From Bdellovibrionota bacterium (lineage in GTDB: Bacteria > Bdellovibrionota_C > UBA2361 > OMII01): a DNA stretch of 26,107 nucleotides. Made by a program: the position numbers and the translations under genes. The notes under the pieces are model-generated. The model ran no database searches. It saw only the letters and a program-made list of their open reading frames with translations, and was not told the origin of the DNA. Of this stretch, positions 16,664 through 24,848 are shown one piece after another. The stretch spans positions 1 through 26,107 of the forward strand of contig JBIKWQ010000049.1 in NCBI GenBank assembly GCA_044356215.1, in the 5' to 3' direction. Every line of letters begins with the position of its first letter. Within the stretch, counting starts at the first letter, position 1.

Positions 16664-16915
16664 AGTATCAAATAAACTACACCCGTGTTTGGATTTTTTT
16701 AAGTTTTACCACGGGTCCAATCCTTAGCAAAGCGATTTAGCTCATTTCCCGGCGGCTGACCGGATACTAAGAATTCAGATAAAAACCCGTTTTGTTAGTA
16801 GGTTAGCCATTCTGCCAGCTAAAACAAACTAATAACTACAGTAAAAAAATGCCCCCTCAAGCTGCGAACACAATGCAGATACCAGTTGTCCCGGCATGCG
16901 GCATGCGTATTAGGT

Positions 16916-18898
16916 TTACTTTAGATGTAGCTCAACCCATACCGCGTGGTCGTTGGTTATTCCGTCTCCTCCATCTAGCGTTCTTAACTCAAGGAGGCTT
17001 CCATCAACTACAGGCACGTCGAAATCTTGATCCTGATCATCTGCGGTCAATTTTCGAGAGCTCCAGATCTGAGTTCCGTCAAGCCAGAGTTCAAAGATCA
17101 CCGAAGCTCCTTTGCCGGATTTGTCTTTTATATAATCAGGTAACGCCGCCTTACCACGAAGGGCTTTGTAACGTTTATTTAACTGAAAACGTAAGGTAGA
17201 AGCCGCGTGAGTGCCGATAACGGTCTTATAACTTACGCCACGCACCGTGACCTCTTGTTTCTCAACACTTAATCCCTGAATCGGCTCTCCCCATTCCTGG
17301 AAGCTGTCGGTAGCGCTGACTGAGTCGATCCTCACTTGAGGGAACTTCTTCTCCTTAGGGTTGCATGTCGGACGAGCGATGTGATTCTTGAGATCGCAGT
17401 CAGGACAGCGGAGATCCCAGAGATCTAGGATCGCTAATTGATCGAGCTGTTCGTTTGAGATCGGATAACCGTATGTAAATGGGGCGTAGATCCTAAATCC
17501 AATAAAGACAAGCATCGTAGCGATGACGGTTTTCGCGTGTGCTGAGAGGGATATCTTACTTAGCCACCCAGTTGCACTTACATTTATTATCGGCAAGCTG
17601 AGCGCCCCCAAGGCTAGCGCGCAGAGAAGCGGGATAAAATAGTGATAGAGATACATGACCCGATCTAGCGATAGCATCAGACCCATATACGTAGTCCAGA
17701 TCAGTAGAAGCGATCCGACAAGTATTCGCCATCCCGGAGGAGTTCTTAATCCCCCTAAAATAGCTGAGATCCAAAAGGCCGCCGCTACTATCAAGCTAGT
17801 TAGGGCGACTAACCAGACAACTGGATTCGGTACTAAGTAAGCGTAGCGAGTTAAGCCATCTTTGCGATCCCAGCGGTAATTAATCGTGCGTGCCCCAAGT
17901 GGCCACAAAATCGGAGAGCTACCGGTTTCATTCTGGTTGCACATATTTGGCTTAGGTACCCCACGCTCATAGTGCGGAAAGAACTTGAAGTGGTCGCGTA
18001 AGATTGGCCAGAAGCTGTTGATATCCCCCTGACGATCCTGAACCAGGATCTCTTTTGTCTCCTGTGAAGCTTTGTAATATCCGTTATCTGGGAGCTCAGG
18101 TTGAATTGATCTTCCCAGTTGAATATGCGCCTTCCACACTATTAGATAAACTAACAAGCCAGCGCAAAAGACCTTTAGTCCCATCAGCGCCATCTTGCGC
18201 GGCGCCTTGAAGATATCTTGAGCCAATATAACTATAAAAAGCAGGGCGATTAGCGAGGTGATCTTGGTCGCCATCGCGAGCCCAAAAGCTATTCCCGCGA
18301 TGTAAGGTAGAGATGATCGTATCTTGCTATCCTCTAAATCCTCGCGCGATGCGCGATAGATCGCCGCGATCGCCCCCATAAAAGCGAGGATAAAAAATAT
18401 CTGGATTCCATCAAGCATGGCGCCCCGGAAGTGAATCACGAGGGCATTATCGAGCGCCACGCAGAGGGCGAAGAAGCACGAGATTAACGGGCTCTTGGTT
18501 AGCTGAAGGAGTAGTAGATAAAACGCCAGGCACGCGCCGGCGGAGAAGAGAACTGGAAAGAGTCGATAGCCTGCGAAGGAGAAATCTTTAGGAACTGATT
18601 TGGCGTGGTCGGTATTAACCAACTGCGCGTCGTTAGGATTGGCGTCAACGACATATTCGCCTAGCGCGATTAGTAGCTTACCAAGTGGAGGATGAGGCTC
18701 CATAAAAAAGATGTTGTTGAGATACTTCTGAGCCGCCGCCACGTGGTAGTTCTCATCCCAGAAGAGGTTCTGTGGCGTTGAGTAATCGCGGACGATCGTA
18801 AGGAGTGCGACGGTGGTAACAAATAGTCCGAGCCAGAATCCGGTTGAGAGTCTTCTGGTGGACCTCTTCTCTTCATTGTTTTGTGGTGTGCTAGACAT
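16916..18898 (-). CDS. Phospholipid-carrier-dependent protein O-mannosyltransferase-like enzyme (GT39/PMT) fused to a C-terminal NPCBM/NEW2 carbohydrate-binding domain
   Basis: FWDENYHV (catalytic DE); EPHPPLGKLLIALG; multiple TM helices; MLDGIQIFF; SSPILWPL; PNPVVW; YLYHYF. C-terminus GVSYKTVIGTHA...GASVIFELWLDG...LELRTLDGGDGITNDHAVW is typical of NPCBM. Confidence 0.88.
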   Translation of the reverse strand: MSSTPQNNEEKRSTRRLSTGFWLGLFVTTVALLTIVRDYSTPQNLFWDENYHVAAAQKYLNNIFFMEPHPPLGKLLIALGEYVVDANPNDAQLVNTDHAKSVPKDFSFAGYRLFPVLFSAGACLAFYLLLLQLTKSPLISCFFALCVALDNALVIHFRGAMLDGIQIFFILAFMGAIAAIYRASREDLEDSKIRSSLPYIAGIAFGLAMATKITSLIALLFIVILAQDIFKAPRKMALMGLKVFCAGLLVYLIVWKAHIQLGRSIQPELPDNGYYKASQETKEILVQDRQGDINSFWPILRDHFKFFPHYERGVPKPNMCNQNETGSSPILWPLGARTINYRWDRKDGLTRYAYLVPNPVVWLVALTSLIVAAAFWISAILGGLRTPPGWRILVGSLLLIWTTYMGLMLSLDRVMYLYHYFIPLLCALALGALSLPIINVSATGWLSKISLSAHAKTVIATMLVFIGFRIYAPFTYGYPISNEQLDQLAILDLWDLRCPDCDLKNHIARPTCNPKEKKFPQVRIDSVSATDSFQEWGEPIQGLSVEKQEVTVRGVSYKTVIGTHAASTLRFQLNKRYKALRGKAALPDYIKDKSGKGASVIFELWLDGTQIWSSRKLTADDQDQDFDVPVVDGSLLELRTLDGGDGITNDHAVWVELHLK

Positions 18899-18921
18899 CT
18901 TCTAACTACGGTAATTAAGAT

Positions 18922-19314
18922 TTAGCGAGAGGCGCTCCATACCAACCTCTGCTGGTTGTGGTATTGAATGCTTCCCACGATCGATCGCGCGTCTTGGCTG
19001 ATTGTCCCCAGGAGCGTCCCGATCGACTTATTGTCGGATCTTAGATCAAAATAAACCTGTGTGCCTATAAGGCTTCCTTCTAAAGATTGTTTTTCGAATG
19101 CGTTGCCGGAGGCTTTGAATAGCGGAACAAGCTTAGCGGCTAATCGCTCACCATGCTGCTCGATTTTTAGGGTAAATTTCTGATCGGGCCAGTATTCGCG
19201 TGGGGGGGTGTAGTTCCAGGGTTTTTCTAGGCCGCTTTTATGATTTTGCGTAGCTATCTGATATTTCTGAATTAAATATTCTAGCAGGGGGCAAAAATGG
19301 GATGGTTTAAAAGG
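18922..19314 (-). pseudogene. Start-less open frame paralogous to the 141-aa lipoprotein at 21795..22220 (5'-truncated copy or non-canonical start)
   Basis: Manual translation gives ...KPWNYTPPREYWPDQKFTLKIEQHGERL...EKQSLEGSL...LLGTISQDARSIVGSIQYHNQQRLVWSASR*, with TAA at 18924-18922. The frame is closed upstream by TAG at 19317-19315 and has no in-frame ATG/GTG/TTG. Confidence 0.8.
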
Positions 19315-19387
19315 CTATGTTGCTCACTCTAAGCTTCTAGCTCCTCAAGATCGCTCTCCGGGCACTAATAACTACTCATAAAGCTTT

Positions 19388-21373
19388 CTACAACCTAATC
19401 GTAGCCGTTGGACTGGCTTTAGTGTAAACAGGCGACTTCTGCCCGACTATCTGGATACCTACTCTGTAGAATACATCGACCCTGGATCCAGGCGATGCCC
19501 TCGCCGTTGTTATCCTGTCCCGGGTATTAAACATTCGTTTCTTCCTGTCTTCATTTGCAAAGGCACTCCCAACTAACACGTCAGATAACGAGAAGGCGGC
19601 TCGCCTGCCAGCATTCGGTGTCGTTACAACGGTCACTTGATAAAATAGGTTAACGGGCCGAGCTGCTAGCACATTCGCGCGTCTATTAGTTATCCTCAGT
19701 CGGCGAGCGAGAAGCTTAGCGAGCACGGTACGATCTTTTAGAGCTACCCGAGGAAGCTCAATTCTGACGGCAGAACCACCTTCCGGAGCAGAGAGCTTTG
19801 AAGGCGGCAAGCCCCCACTACCTGGCTCAACCAAGATCGGTCCCCGGCTGCCACCACCGAAGTTAGCTCCCTCCGGCGTTGAAGTTGGTGTTGGAGTTGG
19901 GGTGCCTGATATCGGTGTAGGAGTGGGGCTCGGTGTCGGCGTCGGGGTGTCGCAGGTTTTGGCGTCCTGAAATTCAGTGCCGCGAACTACTATATCCACT
20001 CTCCCGCGGCCTCCGTTCCATCCTGGAGAGCCAACAACTACGGCGTTATCCAAACTATTGCTTATTGGAGCAAGACACCCATGACCAACGATCGCTGAGC
20101 CCTGCTCTTGCTGCTCATCAAATATACAGTTGTTGTACGTTCTTGGTTGATCGCAGCCGAAGTCATCGGCTCCTGTAAATCCAACAGAACCACCAGTTTC
20201 CGACTGAATTCGGTACGCGAAGAACTGGTTGCTTCCGAACCAAGAGCTAGCGATGTGATCAGCGGCTGCTAAGGACTGCGGACCGCCCTGGGCAAGGGGT
20301 ATCGATACAGTACAAAGATCAACCCAAACATCGGAAGATGTATTCCGCTTCACATATAGAGACTGACTACCGGGCGCGGAAACTGCAAAGTGAGTATTAT
20401 AGATCGCCGCTCCAAATCCCTGCAACTCGCCTGAGGCACCATCTTGCTCAACTTGGGGAGTGCTCCCTCCCGAGAAGAAGTCCGCCTGACTTTGTAGGTA
20501 CGTTCTACCTGCAAACGAGTTGTAGCTGGGAGCTCCGGCAAGCAATCTTGGCCCATCAGAGTAAGGGATACTAATCAAGGAAAAGCCATATCCCGACCCA
20601 GCTTCACCCGTTGCTGAATAGAGGCCGTTTGTCGAGAGCGGACACTGAAGGGGGAATCCCGGGACGGGCATTAATCTAAGCGAATCTACCGCGCTCCGGT
20701 TTGGAGAGCCAACAACAAAAACGGATCCTCCTGGAGCTGGCCCGGAGACATCAGGGATGTTTACCATAGACTCGCCCGAGCCCGCTGGCAGAGTTGCCTC
20801 TCCTCCCTCACACGCAAAGAATGTGGTGCCAGTAAGGCTTTTAAAGGCCCAGACCTTCGCGTTAAAGCCACTTGCGTTAGGTTCTGTCACAACTAACTCA
20901 GGGGCTCCTCCTCCGTCAGTATCATTGACGAATAGAATAGCCGTTCCAAACCCCCTTCCGGGGCCCGGATTAGGAGAGATTAGTCGCTGTGGAGCGGAGC
21001 TGATAGACTTAGTGCGATAAACGTATACCGCACCAGCGCCGTTATTCTCATCCGGAGCGCCTACGGCTAGTAGTGGTTCACTACTACCCGGTGTGCTGGG
21101 ATCGGAGGCGACTCCGCAGGATAGACTCGAACCAAACCGCGCCCCCCGCACATCGCCAGCCACAGAGTAACTCGGGTCAAACCAGGTCTGAACCTGCGCG
21201 CAGGCTGGTGCTGAAAGCAAGAGCACAGAGACTAGCACAATAATGCTTAACCAGTTCGGAAAACCAAAATGCTTAGTGTTGCACTGCCGCTCGATACGCG
21301 AAGAAATAATAAGCGGAATGCATCTCCTTATCTTACTAAATACGTCGAGCGTCCTTAAAACGTCGATTGTCAT
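19388..21373 (-). CDS. Secreted FG-GAP (integrin-alpha-like beta-propeller) protein with a Pro/Thr linker and basic C-terminal domain
   Basis: ARFGSSLS; LAVGAPDENNGAGAVYVY; GFGTAI...DTDGGGAPELVV; GYGFSL...LLAGAP; VVVGSPGWNGGRGRVDIV; TPTPTPSPTPTP linker; hydrophobic signal ending ACA|Q. Confidence 0.8.
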   Translation of the reverse strand: MTIDVLRTLDVFSKIRRCIPLIISSRIERQCNTKHFGFPNWLSIIVLVSVLLLSAPACAQVQTWFDPSYSVAGDVRGARFGSSLSCGVASDPSTPGSSEPLLAVGAPDENNGAGAVYVYRTKSISSAPQRLISPNPGPGRGFGTAILFVNDTDGGGAPELVVTEPNASGFNAKVWAFKSLTGTTFFACEGGEATLPAGSGESMVNIPDVSGPAPGGSVFVVGSPNRSAVDSLRLMPVPGFPLQCPLSTNGLYSATGEAGSGYGFSLISIPYSDGPRLLAGAPSYNSFAGRTYLQSQADFFSGGSTPQVEQDGASGELQGFGAAIYNTHFAVSAPGSQSLYVKRNTSSDVWVDLCTVSIPLAQGGPQSLAAADHIASSWFGSNQFFAYRIQSETGGSVGFTGADDFGCDQPRTYNNCIFDEQQEQGSAIVGHGCLAPISNSLDNAVVVGSPGWNGGRGRVDIVVRGTEFQDAKTCDTPTPTPSPTPTPISGTPTPTPTSTPEGANFGGGSRGPILVEPGSGGLPPSKLSAPEGGSAVRIELPRVALKDRTVLAKLLARRLRITNRRANVLAARPVNLFYQVTVVTTPNAGRRAAFSLSDVLVGSAFANEDRKKRMFNTRDRITTARASPGSRVDVFYRVGIQIVGQKSPVYTKASPTATIRL

Positions 21374-21794
21374 GTCTTTTAAACCTCAAAGAGGTACTAC
21401 CGCGTTATTTGTCAGGGCTTACACCGAAATTATCCTAGCTCCACTAAGAAATGTCTTAGCAGAGCTTTCGCTGAGCTCTATAAAAATTATCGGCTGCAAA
21501 TTCACCGAACTTTAGTTCATTTTTTCTCTCTCATACCTACAGTGGCCGTTAGCACAACTCATCTATTTGGATATATTTAATATTTTAGCGTTAGCTGTAG
21601 AGTTTTAACTCTATATTAATCACACGCTCTCAGACAGAGTAGTGACGAAGGCGCGCCCTGGTCGTCGCTGTTAAATGTCTCGCGTTGAATTTGAGGAAAG
21701 AGCAATCACCGTGCTTGAATCACCTACGGGGTACGGGTTTTTATTGCAGTCAGAATCCTAACTTAACCGCCCTTTCTAGAATAAATGCAGGTGA

Positions 21795-22220
21795 TCAGCG
21801 AGATGCACTCCAGACTAGTGGAGAAGAGTTTATGTAATTTATCGATCCGACTATTGAACGGCCGTCATCGCTCAATGTCCCAGATAGGTTCGCCAGAATC
21901 GCCGCTCCTACCCGTAGCTGCAGTGCAATCTTATTGTCAGCAACGGTCCCGTGAAGTGATTGTTGCTCTACTGGATGCGATTGATCAGCGCCGGAATGAC
22001 TCGCTAGCCGACCGGTTACCTGTGTACCGCGCTGTTTAAAGGTTATGGTGAATGATTGGCTCTTCCACATTTCGGGCGGCGGTGTGTAACGCCACGACCC
22101 ACTAAGGTCGTACAAAGGTCTGGCGTTTTTGGAGCTCGCGCTACGAGCATCGCTTGTACGACAGCCGGCATTGCCGACTAAACACACCCCTACTATAAAC
22201 ACTATCTGAAACAGTTTCAT
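21795..22220 (-). CDS. Small lipoprotein, predicted all-beta (avidin/lipocalin-like) domain of unknown function
   Basis: Signal ending VGNAGC; DLSGSW motif; alternating beta-strand pattern; C-terminal LVWSASR. Confidence 0.8.
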   Translation of the reverse strand: MKLFQIVFIVGVCLVGNAGCRTSDARSASSKNARPLYDLSGSWRYTPPPEMWKSQSFTITFKQRGTQVTGRLASHSGADQSHPVEQQSLHGTVADNKIALQLRVGAAILANLSGTLSDDGRSIVGSINYINSSPLVWSASR

Positions 22221-22301
22221 GGTAATTCGTCCAGCTTTTTCTTGACTATTCTTTAAGATCTTTAGCCTAACACAAAAGACCGGTTTTTGTCCTCTGCTGA
22301 C

Positions 22302-23369
22302 CTATCTAGGAAGAAGAGGTAGGGTAACCGGCTCCATATTTCCACTCAGGCCGCGTAAAAACCAGACCAGGTCGTCCTGCTCTTCAGCAGTAAGGCCTAG
22401 TGGCTGAATGAGTGGAGATTTCGTCGGACGAACCGAATCGCCGCCACGATTATAGAATGCCACCACACTGGAGAGCGATTCGAGTGAGCCGTCGTGCATA
22501 TAGGGCGGACGATCGGCTATGTTCCGCAGTCCTACGGCCTTAAAAAAAGGAGCAACGTGGCCAAGCTCGTTCTTTTCGTTTTCCGCAGAGGTAATCCCAA
22601 TGTCGTGGAAGGAGTCGCTCGTAAAGCGCCACCCATCGTGGCAAGTTGCGCAACGTGCTTTTCCGTAGAAAAGCCTAAAGCCTCGAACTTGGTTCGGCGT
22701 CATAGCGGTAGGCTCGCCCCAGATCCATCGATCAAACGGAGCAACGGGTGAAATGATTGAGTTTGTAAAGATCTCTAAAGCAAACGTTACTCGGTCGAGG
22801 GTAATCGCCTCTGATTTAGCAAGATAACCTGCATACGCTTGTGCAAAGACACTCTTGTATCCAGGGATACTCGCGATGCCACTCTCAAGTACGCGCGCGC
22901 CACCGTTCATGCCGCGTGGTGCTGAGATGGCGATAATCCCCTGAGATGTTATCGTTCCCGGGCCACCCCGCCAGGTGAAGCTTGTGTCCCATGCCAGATT
23001 ATAGAGTGACATCGATCGTCGCATTACCTTCTCTACACTCGACTTCAGGCCGTCAGTCCAGTGCAGCGATGGATTGTGGCAGGTTGCACAAGACATAAGC
23101 CCCGAAGCCGATAGTCGTGGGTCAAAGAAGAGCAGACGCCCCAGCTCGCGCAGGGGCTTGATATTCGCTTGTGGCAGACGGGCAGATACTCTCACAGGAG
23201 TATTTTCAGCAGAGAGATCTTTTGGCCTAGCGAATCGGGCGAGCTCTGAGGGGTTGGGAGGGGCTGGTTGGGGATGGTTCGTCGGGGTGGCACACGCAAT
23301 AGGAGCTGCGACCAAAACAATAGTGGAGGTGAGTAAATAGCGCGAGAGGTAGCTAGCCAAGGAGACCAT
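22302..23369 (-). CDS. Di-heme cytochrome c peroxidase/MauG family protein
   Basis: LGRLLFFDPRLS; two heme motifs (SCATCH, RCATCH); inter-heme Trp in FTWRG; LRNIADRPPYMHDGS; LVWFLRGLSG; N-terminal signal peptide. Confidence 0.92.
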   Translation of the reverse strand: MVSLASYLSRYLLTSTIVLVAAPIACATPTNHPQPAPPNPSELARFARPKDLSAENTPVRVSARLPQANIKPLRELGRLLFFDPRLSASGLMSCATCHNPSLHWTDGLKSSVEKVMRRSMSLYNLAWDTSFTWRGGPGTITSQGIIAISAPRGMNGGARVLESGIASIPGYKSVFAQAYAGYLAKSEAITLDRVTFALEIFTNSIISPVAPFDRWIWGEPTAMTPNQVRGFRLFYGKARCATCHDGWRFTSDSFHDIGITSAENEKNELGHVAPFFKAVGLRNIADRPPYMHDGSLESLSSVVAFYNRGGDSVRPTKSPLIQPLGLTAEEQDDLVWFLRGLSGNMEPVTLPLLPR

Positions 23370-23573
23370 GGGTACCGCCGATATTAGGTCGGCATAGGCG
23401 AATCTGCAAGACTCAATACCTTTCGGTGTTGTTGCTGGCGACAGTCCATATCAAAACGCCTATTCCATTTGTCGATTGGCGGACTGATTGCAGTATTGGC
23501 ATGCTGCAGATGAACCTGGAGAATCCCTCACGGAACCTTCAAGGTTTTGCTAACTGAAAGTTTGGAGTGATTA

Positions 23574-24554
23574 TCATTTCGTTGGTTGCTCTGGCTCTGG
23601 CTCTGGTTGTGGGAAGTCGATTTTCATCGAACGAAAAGGAGACTTACTATACCGAAGGTCTCCGCTTGTGAGAGTGGTTGGCCAACCTTTAACCAGCTTA
23701 GTTACAGATGTCTCATATGCCGGTGGGGCAGTAATTGAAAAACTAAAATCCCGGCTCGCCCAGTCCTCTTCTTTTCTTGCAAATAGCCCCTCTATTTCCT
23801 GCTGTAGTAATGGGTCGGTGTCCCTGCTGTAACAGATTGTAACCCTGTCTAGTCGATATAGCTCCCCTAAAAAATCAAAAGAAATTGGCGAGTCCGAAAT
23901 ATCAACAGAGCTAAACAAACAACCTTTAAACACCTCGCTCGCCGCCGGATCCTCAAGTTTCCAATTCTCGAGGCGAAGACGCGAAATAGGTAGCCGAACA
24001 ATGTTACTGATACACTTGCTATCGTAACAGCCGCCCAGAAAACTCATCTCCTTTATATTGATGTCCTGGTCTTTTAAAAGCTGTAAGACAGATCTAGTGG
24101 CCTCACTTCCAGGGTTTCCGATGAATGCTAATTTATCCAATTTCTTTTGTTTAGGGTCGAGCTTGGATAGCACGTGAGCCAAGGCATCTACAAGCTCAAC
24201 TGGGTCGGGTGAGAGTTGGCCTTCTTGGGCGAGTATCTCCAACTTAATCGATGATGATTTGGGTGTACCGGCGAAGTCTAGAATGCCAATTGGTTGAAGC
24301 GATTCCTCAACTCGCAATGCTCCATTGCAAAACTCTCTGGTGCGCAAGTTCCAGTCTCCATTGAAGGTTTCTTTGGCTACTGGGACAGGTTTTTCAAAGG
24401 GCTCATCTACGCCAGCGGAGTTTCTAAGGTAAGCTAAGGTACCACTACAGAAAGTAAAAGCGCTGAGCGCCAAGGTAGTGGCCACAGACTTACTAGGCCC
24501 CGGTGTTCCCAGCGATTGCTCAGCCCGTTTTGTTGAATCAGTTATAGTCGCCAT
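23574..24554 (-). CDS. Hypothetical protein with an N-terminal hydrophobic segment and degenerate LRR-like repeats
   Basis: Strong RBS (GGAGGGG) before the ATG. Segments LDKLAFIGN, IKEMSFLGG, ISRLRLENW, FSSVDISDS and LDRVTICY recur about every 22-28 aa. Confidence 0.65.
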   Translation of the reverse strand: MATITDSTKRAEQSLGTPGPSKSVATTLALSAFTFCSGTLAYLRNSAGVDEPFEKPVPVAKETFNGDWNLRTREFCNGALRVEESLQPIGILDFAGTPKSSSIKLEILAQEGQLSPDPVELVDALAHVLSKLDPKQKKLDKLAFIGNPGSEATRSVLQLLKDQDINIKEMSFLGGCYDSKCISNIVRLPISRLRLENWKLEDPAASEVFKGCLFSSVDISDSPISFDFLGELYRLDRVTICYSRDTDPLLQQEIEGLFARKEEDWASRDFSFSITAPPAYETSVTKLVKGWPTTLTSGDLRYSKSPFRSMKIDFPQPEPEPEQPTK

Positions 24555-24848
24555 TTAGTCCCCTCCACGTATGCCTTGAATTACATTCTTTATGTATATG
24601 AGCCGTTCCCCTGCCAAAACATGCGCAGCTTGTATAGTGAGATATGGCTAGTAAGTTTGTTTAGGTAACATAAGGGCGACTCTTAGTCATCAAAATCTTA
24701 ATGAACGCATGATCATCCCAATATGTTAAAAATTCGTTTTAAATCTGTCCTTTAGCAGGCTCCGTCATAATGAACTCTTAACCTTTGAAAACCATACCTA
24801 TTTTAGTCGGATGTTCAATTTTTACACCCGCAACTGGCGTTTTAATTA

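Noticed and set aside
16664..16915. 7-bp inverted repeat ACCCGTG/CACGGGT upstream of the 163-aa ORF
   Set aside because: Too short to distinguish from chance without comparative data.
21374..21794. Possible ncRNA in the 420-bp spacer (hairpin near 21641-21670)
   Set aside because: Only one modest stem, with no recognisable tRNA, tmRNA, 6S or riboswitch signature.
23370..23573. GAAA-tetraloop hairpin (CAACACC-GAAA-GGTATTG, minus strand) upstream of the di-heme gene, as a possible c-di-GMP-I riboswitch
   Set aside because: Lacks the GGCAAA / GACGCAAA junction motifs and a recognisable second stem.
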